Assembly (NCBI GenBank): GCA_973895155.1
Contig: OZ316893.1
Span: 5,904,171-5,968,170 of the forward strand
Reading direction: 5' to 3'
DNA length: 64,000 nucleotides
Source: Marsupella aquatica
Taxonomy: Eukaryota; Plantae; Marchantiophyta
How positions within the stretch are numbered: position 1 is the stretch's first letter; each line of letters opens with the position of its first letter. A program made the translations under genes and the position numbers. The notes beneath the pieces were generated by a model. The model had not been told where the DNA came from, searched no databases, and saw only the letters and a list, made by a program, of their open reading frames with translations. Positions 1 to 12,309 of the stretch are shown here, piece by piece.

Positions 1-322
1 TGAGCATGTCGCGTCCGCTGAAATGCATATCCCATTTTGATTGCTTCGGACTTTCCCATTCTCCTAGCATCGGACTTTCCCATTCTCTCACCATCGGACT
101 TTCCCATTCTCCTAGCATCGGACTTTCCAATTCTCCCACCATCGGACTTTCCCATTCTCCCACCATCGGACTTTCCGATAGAAGTCCGATTGTCGATATC
201 CGATACTATTAAAATGGCATGTTGCGATGCTAGTAGTATCGGATATATGGTTTTTCAAATTTTATTTTACAAAGGCGTCCGATGTGGAGAGAATCGGAAA
301 AAGGAGGTAAAATGTACTAGTG
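1..322. mobile_element. Right end of a CACTA (En/Spm) DNA transposon
   Basis: Ends in ...AAATGTACTAGTG at 322 (reverse complement CACTAGTACATTT), preceded by subterminal repeats with core TCGGA/TCCGA in both orientations. Confidence 0.75.
46..178. repeat. 24-bp tandem repeat (CACTA subterminal repeat), ~5.5 copies
   Basis: Unit catcggactttcccattctc(ctag/tcac/ccac) is directly visible. Confidence 0.95.
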
Positions 323-2440
323 ACCCCCCTACGATCGGGCCCTTTTCCTGTTTACCCCTTGTCATTTCCATTTTACTATTAAAAGTTCCGTTATAATTAC
401 CGGTAATAATTATAATTATTAGTTAAAAATGAATAAAAATTACCCTTCGAGAGTTCGCACGTCCTCCACGTATTAGTTAAGACTGAGGGCCCAGGGCGAG
501 AAAGTTATGGGCGTTGCCAGTTGGTGGCGCACCTAGACATGTGGGATAGGATCCGGGTTGTGGCCCAAAAAGTTGAGGACCAAAGGTGGTCTGGGGGTGG
601 CAGGTCTCCAGAAGCATATATGAGGGGAGTGGTGTCTCCCTGGGGGCTAAGGGCGGTTGCGCCACTAACTAAGAGAAAACTTCAAACGGAAACGGTGATA
701 ACTTCCCAATAAGAAGTCTTGGGTGCATTGGAAAGCTCTCAAGAAGGAATATAATATTCTCCTGATCTCAGCTGGGTCTAAGGGCGTCATAGGTTCTTGA
801 GGTTTGCGGCACGGTGTTATCACGCCCGCTTGCCAAATCCTGCCGAAACAGCAGCCAAGTCGCGTTCAGTCTCTCAAGGGAGCTTGCGTTGGGGAGGCAA
901 GGCCAAGTAGGCATGGAGGTTGAGTTCCAAGGGCACTTGGCCCCTAGACCATCAGCGGGGTGAGAACCGGGAGTTGGTTGCTAGAGTCGGGGTCATTCTG
1001 GTCCCAACGTGTCGGGATAAGCTTTAGGACAAGCTACGCTATTTGGGCCATGAGCATGTCCTAGGGGTAGGGAGGTTAGTTGGTGATGGATAGGTACAAG
1101 GGGGAACCCAGGCTGCGCCCAAGGAAGGAGTTATTCTGGACAAATAGTGGGTGTGGGTTCTGGTTCCGGCTTATGGCATCGGGAGGACCTATCGCTGACC
1201 TATTTACTAATGTCTGTTGATCGAGCTTGACTTAGGATTCTAAATTTGGGGAGATCTAGATCCTGGAGGGTTACTTACCGAGATGCTTGGTTGCTTTTTG
1301 TGGTGCGTCCCATGGCTCCCCAAACCCAAGAAACCCCCTCGCACAAGCCGATTCCCGCAGGTTTTGTCCTCGGCGAGGCCATTTCCGCGGCTTAGCGGCA
1401 TGGGACGCTGCTAACCTCTCCTTCTCCTACTATTAACATTTTACACACATATACTGGACAGATCCTTCATCGGGTCATGAGATACTTAGCCGGCCTATTC
1501 TAGGCCTTCCCTTGTATTCCTCTCCTGGTCTTCCATTAGGTATGTTTGGATTCCGCCGCCGGAATGATCCCCAATTGGCTTGGTTAAGCCACTAAGACCT
1601 CTCTCAGCTCGACACATCCAATTCTCACTCCCTTGCTACTTCCCTTCATTGATGTGGGCACTCTTCACACAAGTTAATGCGACACACAAATAGCAAAATG
1701 ACTCCTTCTGACTGAGTTATACCATGCTATTAAACGCCTACTTTGACCTTGCGATTAATGGCCGTTTAACTACCTTCTCCTCAGTAATCTCGTTTAAACG
1801 ATTAACCGACCTTCGAGAGGCGGCACTCCGTCTATCTCGACACAGTCCCCGTAAGTGAATCCGACCAAGTGCTCTTGAATGTCGAGTTCCGTCTTCCACT
1901 TCTTAGGCACTTCAGCCTCGGCCAACACTAACCCCTCTCTATACACAATCTCAATGAACCCACACCACTCGCGGTAAGTGATCAAGCAAATCAGAACGTT
2001 CTCGTATAGTAACTGACGGGAAATAAGATGGGTGCCGATAGAACAGATCCACAGTTCCAGTGATCTTAAGGTAATCAAGGAGCAAGACTTGTCGTCACTG
2101 CTGTCTGCGTTCATGGTTTTTAGTAGCCGTGACCTGATTAAGTCCGACTGTCCTTTGAATCAGCCTGCCTGGCAATTGATTTCCGGATTGTGTGGGTGAC
2201 TATGACAGGGTTACCCTAAGCAAGTACCCCAGTATCACGTTTACCCTTGTATGATGGAGGTGTATGACGACCAGTGTATCGCCTTCAAAACACACTATCT
2301 CCAACCAGACACCGCTTCTCACTAGCTGTCTGTTCAACCTATACCTTGAGGCGCTGGCCCGTAAGGTTCTGGTTCGCAATGAGACGATATTCATTCATCG
2401 TTGCGATTAATGAGTAATGACTTGCTGCATAAGGCAAATT

Positions 2441-2443
<3 letters not shown>

Positions 2444-2472
<29 letters not shown>
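2444..2472. repeat. (CT)n microsatellite
   Basis: Direct read. Confidence 0.95.
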
Positions 2473-2475
<3 letters not shown>

Positions 2476-2869
2476 TTGACGGTCTCATTCACTGCTCAAG
2501 TGCGTACTTCACTCTGTTGCATTCATTCCAAACTCTCTCTTTGTACTCAAAGACTACTCAACTGAGTAGGGACACTATTACAAAATTGCTGGCATTCCTA
2601 AGGTGAGCGGAGCCCTACCTTGCCCCAGACTTCTAGCAAAAAGTGACAGAGCGCCTAGCGCTCCACAGCCTCTAAATACCTATGCCTTGCGTCCGTCTTT
2701 GCCCGAGGCCTCTACTACTTCTTGGGGTGCGCCGATTACAGTTGACGACTCGCGCCTCCTCTTTGATCTCCTTCGCTCATTCATCAAGAACGCTAACTAA
2801 TGCCTACCAGAACGATGAGTGGAAGCCAAGAACTGCTGATTACTATGTCAAGAAGTTATGTCTTCCTGG

Positions 2870-3481
2870 TTACTGAACTGTGCAACGGCCTCCTCGATTC
2901 CCTTCGGTTGCGCCTGATCCGGAAGCTTCCGGACTCCCGATTGTTAATCTTGCCATATGTGCCTCGACCTCCTGACTTCTGTCATCTTCCTTGGGGTTGC
3001 TCGGTTCGCCGGCCACGATTACTTGTTTGGCGGTGATTAATCGCCACGTAATCCGCTGATCGTGGCTGTTATTCCGTCTTAGCAGCAGATTCCATTTCTT
3101 CCGCATGACCTTTCTACAGAGTTCTTCGATGGCCTCGCCGGTGGTGAATCGTTGGCGGAACTCTTCGCCCTTCATTCCGAACAATTGTTGCCCCGCCGCA
3201 TCCCATACACGACAGCTTCCTTCTTTGATCCGAATAGTGAACATGAACATAGGCACTCCTTCTCCTAGCGACTTACACTCATGAGCTAACCGATTCCTGC
3301 TAACGGGGGTTCCTATATTCGCCCCCCCTTGCCTTCTCTGTCGAGCTCTTGTGCCTAAGGCACATACTCTGCCATCTGCTAGTAGGCCATCGCAGCCTTC
3401 ATAGCAGAACTCGACTCCTACACGACCGTTAATCGAGATGATCGTCGCCTCCCCTACTTCCAGCCTTTCTGTCATCTCCAC
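2870..3481 (-). CDS. RPA70 C-terminal (DBD-C)-like OB-fold protein, intronless, TE-borne
   Basis: Pattern ATIISI...FCYEGC...VC...HEC...FMFTIRI...VWDAAGQQLFGMKGEEF resembles Rep_fac-A_C (ATI...YxAC...C...C...Y..xD..AEqllGxxAxEL). Confidence 0.6.
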   Translation of the reverse strand: MEMTERLEVGEATIISINGRVGVEFCYEGCDGLLADGRVCALGTRARQRRQGGANIGTPVSRNRLAHECKSLGEGVPMFMFTIRIKEGSCRVWDAAGQQLFGMKGEEFRQRFTTGEAIEELCRKVMRKKWNLLLRRNNSHDQRITWRLITAKQVIVAGEPSNPKEDDRSQEVEAHMARLTIGSPEASGSGATEGNRGGRCTVQ

Positions 3482-4092
3482 AAAATGAATAACCGCTGGT
3501 CCTTGCTTACTACTTCCTAAATACTCTTGGTTGACCTCTAGTTGACACTTCTAAACCTAAAAAAAAACTATAATATCGCCGGTGTAATTTTTATCATTTA
3601 CACATGCACTTGCCATACAAATAGTACATCTCATACACAAGCTCTGCGAACTAAGCCGTGAGGCCAACTCTATTCAGTTCTTAGGCATGAGGAAACATGA
3701 ATATACACAAGGGTCATTGTATAACTAACCGAGAGCTTCTCTTACTACTTGATCCCAGCCCTGCTGGTGCAACTAAAAACTTGCTAAAGAAGAGGCCCTG
3801 AACTCCCCGCAGCCCAGGTACTTATCCTGGTTGCGGATCCGCCTGATTCCTTGCAGCGTAAGCCTAATCTACTTATCTGTAATCTACCTAACCATAATCT
3901 ACCTATGTACAGCGAGGCAGGAGCACAAGTGTCGCCCTTACTCGTGGATCCACAATCCCACTAATCTAAGTGTCAGGGCCGTCGCCTGGTCCTGATCCTT
4001 AGTCTAAACTTGGAGATCAGCGCCCGCCCTGCCCACTCACGCCTCCTACCTCCACGTCCGCCCTCCCTAAAAGGGATGGCGCCCTTGCACCG

Positions 4093-7000
4093 TCACGACA
4101 CCGGTGGCGGATCCTCAATGGACGCCCCCAATGCTTCCCCCGCAGCCACTGCCGTCGGTCCGTCCTCTGAAAAATTACCTGCCCCGGACCGAGTCAACTC
4201 TTCATCGGCTTGACTGGGTCCACCCTCGGCTTTGGCCTCAGCATCGGCCACAGCCTCCCCGACATGTTCTAGTGGAGGATCTGGTACCTCGGGTTCACTA
4301 CTGGTTGTCCCGGCCTCGGCCTTGCCATCCCCACTTCCTAGGACTGGTGGATCCACCGCCATGTCGATGCCGGAGGTTGGTGCCGGGTTTATCTTCTCGG
4401 TCACAACGGCTTGAGAAGCCGTATAACTCCTAGACCCAGAAGGTTTCCGCTTCTTCTTCTTCCCTATTTTGACAGCTGGTCCCTTCCCCTTGCTACCTAC
4501 CTCCGGCACCGGGGCGTGTGTCTCGGCTTGTCTTTCGGCCAGTACTCCTCCTGGTAACGGAGTTCCCACAATTGGAGTTGGACCAGATGAAGCTAAGCAC
4601 TTAAATACTGCGGCCTGTTTCTTCAGCCGCTCCGTTTGGTTGTCGGCCCGCCGCTGTAAGTTCTCCATCTTCCTGGTGGTTTCCTCCAACTCCTCCTGGG
4701 CTTCCTCTAGGTCCTTCCGTCCCTCTTGCAGCTCCTTTCTGGCTTCTTGAGTTCCAATTCCAATTTTAAGGTAGCCCTCTCCTCCTGGGTTGTTCTTAGC
4801 TCCTTGTCGAGCTCTGCTATGACCACAGACTCCATTTTATTCGTCTTGGCATAAGTCTGGTCAAGCTGGTCGTCCTTTTCATGCAGGTCGGCCTTGAAGC
4901 TGGCCGTCAGGGATGCAAGCTCCTGCTGCAGCGCAATAATCCCTTGATAGGATTTCCCTAACTCGGCTTCCTTCTGCTCAAGGGCTCCGCGGATATCTTC
5001 GAGCTCTCCTTTCAACGCCCTCTCCCTTCTCTGAGTCTCCACCATGGCCCGGTTGTTGGCGGTTAAGTGGGCCTCCTCTGCGTCCCTCAGCTCCTACTTC
5101 CACTTTTCCTTGTCCTTGACCGCGCTGGCCAACTCTCCTTGGGTCCGAGTCACTTTATCCTTGATAATCTGATTGCCAGACTGAGCGGCATCCAATTGTC
5201 CTTGCATGATGTTTAGCTCATGCCGCTTAATTCGCAGCTCATCTTGGGCTTTCTTGGCCGCCTGCAGGACTTCCACCTCGGCTTCCTTCTCCCTAAGCCG
5301 CCGGATGACCTTGTCCTTCTTGCTTCTCTCCAAAGCCACCGCTTCTTCTAATCGGTGCTTCTCCAACCTCTCCCTCTGGAAGAAAGGTCCCTGTTCCAAC
5401 TCCTCCCCAAAGATGTTGAGCGCCAGATCCCCACACATCTTCCCGTACTCCATGGCTCTATCTTTAGCATAGGTGGAGTAAGTAGAAGTCATCGGCATCA
5501 ACCACCTCGACCTCTGTTCCCAAGCCGCCTTGCGGATTTCTTCTACGGTGGCAAGTGGGTTGCTTATTTTTTTGGTAAGCCGCCTGATGTCCTCCGGCCA
5601 ATCTCCTCCTGGTAAATCTTTCTCCCTAGCCAGGGCTGCTTTCTCTTCCTCCCTAAGTCGCTCCTGAAATTCTTGTGCCGTCTGCTTTATGCCATCAAAG
5701 CTCGAGGGAGCAACCTCTGGTGGGGGAGACTCGGGGCTACTCTGCTGGGTGGGGTCCCCTTGAACTACTCTTGGAAGCGTGGGGATAAATCGGCCACAGG
5801 TCCTTACTCCTGGAACATGATGATCCGACCCATAGCCGGAGTTATCATTGCTGTAGTCCTCCACCACCTCCTCCACTGCTTGGACTCCCGGCTTCCCCCT
5901 CCGTTCTCCTGGTCCTGCCGAGAAAATGGCCTCAGAGATCACGGGCTCTTGTTCCTCCTCTGGGTTCCAGGCTGTCCTCTCCCTCTGCTCTCCGCGGGAA
6001 GGAGCCTTAGGCTGCTCTGCCTCCGATTCGGGGCTTGAGGCTCCCACATACATTTGCACTCCCGGCTTGTGTTCCGGCCTCCTTCTCTCCTTGGCTCCGG
6101 TAAAGGGGTTTTCCCTCTTGAGTCGGCTTAGGCCGGCCTCTGGGGCAGTGTCCTGTACCGGTGCCGTTGCTGGTGCCGTTCTCTCCTTCTCCAGCATTTT
6201 CAGCAGATTCTGCATGCCTAATTGCCGCATCAGCAAGTCTTCTTTCCTTGGCCAAAACACCTGCTCGATCGTAGGACTGGTAGGCTGGTTGGGCTCTTCT
6301 GTTGCCGGCCGCTGATCCGGAACCTCCTCCGGTGCCCTTGCCGAAAGGGGAAGTACTAGGGCAAAGATTTGACTTCTGGCATACCGGCACAACAGCGGCA
6401 TGTGATAGCCAAGCCGGGACACGCTTCCCATGCCGATCGCCTACTGTTCCTCCTTCAAGATCTTCTTCAGTTGGTGGAGGAGGTACCCGTTGTAATCCCG
6501 GCTTGGGTCTGGCCTTTCTACCAGGTAGACCTGAGCCTTGCCGATCTCTGCCCTCGGCAAGTTACAATGCATGGTCATCCACAAGAAATTGATCATCTCT
6601 CCGATGTGCGGGTTGGTGCAGGTGTTCCGGAAGAAGCCATTCTTCGTTGATGGTCCTGGGAACGACCGGAACTCCTTGTCAGGTAAGGTCTTCCTGGTAT
6701 CAACCTTGGTCTTATTACCCATCGGCAAGCCAAACACCTCGGCAATCACTCGGGGAGTGAGATATATAGAAATCCTTCCCATACACCCTCGTGGAATTGG
6801 TCTCGGGTTCCCATGATCCCACGAATTCTAATAAGTCTAAGTCCAGCACCTCCGGCTTCAGCCATGGTAATCTTACGAAGGCTTCCAAGCCGGATCCGGC
6901 CATGAAGCCCTGGTACTTCTTGGTCTGCATGGCCATAAAGCATGCATCCTCCTCCCGTGCAAAATGTAATTGCACTTCCTCTGGTAGGGTCGCCGCCCAG

Positions 7001-7851
7001 CCTTTCCAGGTGTCATCCTTTGTTGGAATGGCATTGATGGGATCATCCTCCTCCTCTTCGGTTTCTCCCTGCCTCCTGTTCTGCTGCTCTGCTGGCTTCC
7101 TTGGTGCCGCCGACCTCGTTCTTTTTGCCGGGGTGGCCTCTTCGTTGTTGTTTCCTTTCCTCTTCATCTCGGCTGCCGTGGATGTTTCTCCTAGCACAGT
7201 TGCCTTTGTCCACCCCTCCGTGCTACCCTTCAACTCCCAGTGCACGTCGTTGCAGCGGTTGATGGCTTCCCTAATGCCAACGATTTTGTCTTCGCAAAAC
7301 AGAAGGTCATCGAGCTGATTGGCAGTAGGAGTCCACAAGAACTCAGCCTTGATGAGTTCTCCTCCTAAGAAGGCAGACTTCTACAGCTCCCACAGTCGAG
7401 CGAGCTCCTGCCGTTCTTGAGCTGCTCTCTCCGATTCTTCATCCTTGTAAGTCCCAATGTACTCAGTTGCCCGTTCGAACAAGCATCCCCAAAAATGTGC
7501 CGCTTGATTGATGTTTCTCATACCCTCCTTGACTCGATCATTGGTATATGTTCCCACCCAGAGTGCTTGCCTATGCAGCTGACAGTATTTGGCCTCCCGT
7601 AGTCGTCTGCCCAGTTCATGCTTGCAAATGAGCCACCATTCCTCGCGAGCGGTCCTTACCCCTCTCCTCCTCTGGTCTTCCCTCCCGTTGGTCACCCCTA
7701 GCCGCCCACGCTTAGCGCGCCCTAACCCTAATCGTGTTCTCTCCCCCGGCGTCCTTACTTCCGGCCTCGGCCCGGGTTCCATAGTCACCCTTAATTGTTT
7801 ATATTTTCCTTGTCTTGTTACTATACTAAGGTGTTTCCAGGCTACACTCAT
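4093..7851 (-). pseudogene. Disrupted long ORF of the LTR-borne protein family (putative plant-transposon/PMD-like domain plus acidic and coiled-coil C-terminus)
   Basis: Consecutive minus ORFs 7381-7851, 6715-7338, 6441-6782, 5094-6431, 4707-5045 and 4093-4689 broken by stops/frameshifts. Motifs GLEAFVRLPW..LLEF..TRVYG../LTPRVIAEVFGLP..NGFFRNTCTNP..INFL. Confidence 0.65.
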
Positions 7852-7898
7852 GCTTTTACCATGTAAACTGGCCTAGTGATTCCTAGCTAGGCATCATA

Positions 7899-9653
7899 GA
7901 TGTATTGGTTGGAAAGGTATATGGTTGTGTTAAAGGCTTATGTACGGAATCATGCACAAGTGGAGGGGAGCATGGCAACAGGATACTTGGCAGCTGAGAG
8001 TATGTTTTATTGCAGCAACATCTTAGCTACCATTGATCCTAGTTGTCCACGCACATGGATGGAAGAGAGAGAAATGGAGGAGGATCGTTTAACAGGAGCC
8101 AAAAAAACACGCTTACTGACCGGAGTGGAGTTGACACAGATGACTACTTTCATGTTGAGTAATAGTACTCTGATGGAAGAACATTTGGAGAGAGTTTTAT
8201 GAGGATACAAAGAGGGAGAGTCGTCGCCAAGGATTTTTCCAAAGTTCCTTGAGTATATGAGGGAGAAAGTACTTCAGTTGGATGCTATGGTGGCCCAAGG
8301 TGAGAGTGTATCACATTTTCCAGATATGACTCCTGAGGTTCGAACAATTGTTCATGGCCCTTTGAGACTTGTTTAGACCAGAACAGCAATGTGGACACAA
8401 GGGAGACATTTCAGGATTTCTAACCTTGATGAGAAGAGGGGTAGAACTTTTGACTGTGGAGTTCAAGGGCAGTTCATGCAGGATTCACAAAGTAGCCGCC
8501 ATGACACCAATGTCATCCGAGATGTGGTGCCTCACTATGGGAAGATAGAGGAGATCTTGATTGTATCCTATGATGCGGATACAAAATTTGAAGAGTATTC
8601 TTCAAGTGTAAGTGGTTCAAAATTCACTTGGTTGGTGAGAATCGCACGGTACTTCTTGATGATAGTGGGTTTACTCGACTCAAGACATCAGCAACTAGCT
8701 TTCAACCATCTCATTGGCAAATATCTGAACCATTTACATTCCCAAGTCACCTTGAGCAGTGTTTCTATATTCCGTACCCACCAGACCCAGAGGAGTGGTC
8801 AGTTGTTATACCGTATGTGCCACGATCTCGTTCCATTATCTCAGAAAAACCTGAAGTTATTATTGTGTCAAATGGAGGAGAGGATGAAGACCAAGTTTGA
8901 TGCATCACTAGTAGTAAAACTTGTTGTGAGCGTATAATTGTGATTATATTAACTATCATGGTTTTATTTATATTTACCTATTTATTTTCTTCTTTTGTCT
9001 TACAAACACTTGGACTTTGAAATTTCATTTTACTGCTATACATGCAACCCTAGCCACTAGAAAAGTTATCCTCATGCATGCCACCTTTTTGAAATCCCTA
9101 GCTTATAACCTAAACACATGCATTCTCCATCTTCTAAAGTATTCTCTCAAAAATTTACATTCTGAGAACTTTGCAAACAACTCTCTTTGCGAAACAGTTT
9201 TTGAACCAGACAGGAAAGAATTTCTGAACCTCTTGTGAATCCAATTCCATCTGTACTTGTCATACAAATACGTTCTCAAACTTGCGGCCAAATTGGCTTT
9301 GGTACTTTGCGACCCAACGTTCTTCACAACACTTTCCAAACATAATAGGTTCACAAACCATTTGTGATCGTATTAGTCTCGCTAAATTATGAACCAAAAT
9401 GTATCCGAATACGGTTGCGATGGTCGCGGACTCACAAAGTCGTTGTGAGATAACTAGTATCTAAACGTGTTGCGAAGTCAATAACATCAAAAATTAATTG
9501 CAATGTATGTAGCTTCGCAACGTGAATGTGCGATGGTAAGAGCATGGGATATTGTGATGCGTGTTGCATCACAAAACATCTGAAGGTTCTAACATCGCAA
9601 GGCCTTCCCGACGTCAAAAAACACCTTCGCAAAAGGGGCGATATGTAGTAGTG
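7899..9653 (+). mobile_element. CACTA element, 3' portion with right TIR
   Basis: TnpD remnant, TGCGA/TCGCA subterminal motifs at 9370-9635, terminus ATATGTAGTAGTG at 9653 (rc CACTACTACATAT). Confidence 0.85.
7900..8900 (+). pseudogene. CACTA TnpD transposase C-terminal part (DUF4218/DUF4216-like), disrupted
   Basis: MYWLERYMVVLKAYVRNHAQVEGSMATGY and EPFTFPSHLEQCFY match En/Spm transposase motifs; frameshifts and stops present. Confidence 0.9.
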
Positions 9654-10699
9654 AATACCCCACCATCATCGTTGCTGAAATTGTTTTCTCCATCTTACCA
9701 CTCCAGTACTCAATAGCTTATCTCCAAACTGCACCGGGAAGCTGCACCTGCTGAACCAATACCGCTATATTTCTGTGGTTGGCGTTCCCCATCAGCAACA
9801 ATTGGACTGGCACACCATGACACAAGAGCCGAACCTGCTATGTCTTTGATGATAGCATGTCCCCGAGAGGAGAAACTGTGAAAATGGATGGCCACCCGTG
9901 CTTCTAATATGAGGGAGCCCAAAAGCAGAACCATTGGGATGGCATGTTGAAGAGCCATTCAATTGGTCAAACACCCATATCCATTGGAGGAACAACAGAG
10001 AGGGTACTTCGAGAGGGTACAACAACTTTAGTGGAAGCATCCCAACTGCTGAATCTGCCAGATCCTCCATGTTAATTGGCAAGTGGGAAGAAAAGTTGGG
10101 TCAACGTTTTGTAGGGCCACCATAAATGAAAAGAGGGTCACCGAAAATGTGAACCTTCCAGCAAATTCATAAATAAGGGAAAAATAAAGTACAATAAAAG
10201 GAAAGAAAAAGAGGAAGTTAAAAGAATTCCAAAGGGAACAAACATCTAACTAGAAAAAGAAAAGCAAGTGTAAATCTAAAAGGGTGGAAAAAAAGAGAAA
10301 AGTGTCCAAATGTACGTACATGATTGAATGTAAACTCAAGGACTAGTGTGTACATTATTTGGAAAATGTGACAATATTTAATGGGCCCATCCAATGTCCT
10401 AACGAAATCAGCAAGTGGGACCCAAAAATACTAGCAGTGAGAAGAGTGCACAAGTCACCCAAAAATCAATGCTTTACTTTAAGCTTTAATGTGGTTCAGA
10501 AAACGTTCATCTGGAAATAAAAAATTCTTCTTCTTAAGATTGGAATTAACACTGACAACAAGTTGACGCTCGGATTGGAAAGGACAGAACTATGGATGGC
10601 GATGCCCCAATCGGACCTGGGTCAATTGTGATCTTCCAAAGACTCAAGATGTCACCAAGCTTAACTTACAGATGTTGGGGGACAATTGAACCCACCTGG

Positions 10700-11575
10700 C
10701 TGTTGGGAAACCAGCGTGGAAGAAACTATGGGGAGGCTCGAACTCACCTAAGGTGAGGTTTGTTCTCTGGTGCTTACTTAACCACGTATTCTACACAAAC
10801 AGGAGGGGCAGCCATTGGAAGGTATCTAATGGACTATGCACTAGATGTAAATTGAGCTTTGAGCATATATACTGAGCATCTTTTCTTCAGCTGGTGCACT
10901 GTCACTGACAGGTGGAAGGAGATTCAACAGTTGCTGCCTGGTTCCCTTTCCCTCCAGATCAATATGGGTATGCTATTAATTTGCTGCCATTAATTGTGCC
11001 ATTCTTAAGCACAACCGGAAACCAGGACCCTTGATTATCCTGATGGAACTCTGCAATAGCATTTGGACCAAAAGGAACAAAGCTATTTACTCTCAGTTTC
11101 TGGGACATCTTCCTGGATGGGTTGGACTCCCTAACATCAACCTGCACGTGAATTCCATGGTGAATATCTGCCACTCTCCAAAAAAAAGGAAACAGTTCCG
11201 GGCTGCCATTGAGCAACTTCAAGCCATGCTTAAACCGTGGGAGCAGACTGACAGTCCCGTTTCTCTAGGGGTTGATGATGAGGAAAATAGTTAAGTTTTT
11301 GCTTTGGTTTAGTGTTGATTGTACCATTCTTCTAGGTCATTGTATTAAAGTCTGGCTCCCCGCTTACTAGGATCCGTTTAATGCCAACAAGTGGCGGTCT
11401 ACTTGGTTCACTTGGCACATTTAGTTTTTGGGGGTTCTTTGTCTGGTTTGGCTGTTTCCTCCCTAACTGGTGCTCTTCGCCCTGGGGTTGGTTTTGTGTT
11501 CGGGCTTCGCCCCTCTTCCCTTCCCCCTGTCTTTTGGGGGTGTGGGTTTTTTGGAAAAAAACTATAAAAAAAAAA
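10700..11575 (+). mobile_element. 5'-truncated L1-like LINE: degenerate zf-RVT/ORF2 C-terminus, 3'UTR and A-rich tail
   Basis: WKKLWG..PKVRFVLWCLL and IWTKRNKAIY motifs; GT-rich UTR ending in an A-tract at 11555-11575. Left boundary approximate. Confidence 0.75.
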
Positions 11576-12309
11576 CTCTGAATACAAGTTACTAGATATT
11601 CGTTTTAGAAATACTCACAACTTTAATTTAGTTAGCATAAAGAAAAATATTTTCGTGATTTATTTAAATAGGATAATCCGAACAGTTTTTTAGTCCCTTT
11701 TGAGTAAGGTTGCTTAAAGTTGGAGCACCCTTCATCAAGAGTCATGGGACAGTTACTTATTCTGGGGTCATCAAAAACAGATGAGCTGAAGTATCACGCA
11801 TGATCTCCTACATGTGTATTCCGTACAAGCCGGGCACACACGTAATAAATTGCTTTTTTACTTCAGATACTAATTTAATTTGTAAGCCGCCACCATGGAT
11901 CAATCTTAGCCTCAGTCCAACCATTTGAGTTATTTATGACCGCCCGATTCCCTCAGCAAGGGGGTAAATATAATTATTAAACTGGTAATGTGAATATTTT
12001 GGGAGTGACCTCGTTAAAAAATGGATATAATAAACTATGCTTGAATGATGACAAATGGATACAATAAACTATGCTTTAATGGCAATAAATAATCGCACGC
12101 GTCTCACAAAGAGGTGTGATTTGTGAAAGTCAATTTTTTTTCAAACTTGAAGGACCAGCCTAGAGCATCCCCTCAGCTTAGACTCCCAAGCTTGGTCTCG
12201 CCAGAATTCGACGACATATCTGGTCACAAATTTCCCGCTCCAGCTTCCTGAGCCGTGGTCAAGAGATCGCAGCAGAGCACACCGAGACAGACGAAGTGTG
12301 TCGCTAGCT

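Larger units (their letters stand above)
323..7898 (-). mobile_element. LTR-retrotransposon-derived element (long LTR-like unit carrying several ORFs), inserted into a CACTA transposase and interrupted on the left by a CACTA end
   Basis: Right junction GGCATCATA|GATGTATTGG: a probably decayed CA terminus abutting the WMY motif of TnpD. Minus-strand ORFs homologous to those in the TSD-flanked elements at 25677 and 47602. Left boundary uncertain; may be two elements. Confidence 0.5.

Noticed and set aside
46-178. Short regular repeats resembling a CRISPR array
   Set aside because: Contiguous tandem units with no unique spacers, eukaryotic context, adjacent to a CACTA TIR
4010-7876. Many plus-strand ORFs
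   Set aside because: Antisense shadows of the GC-rich minus-strand TE ORF
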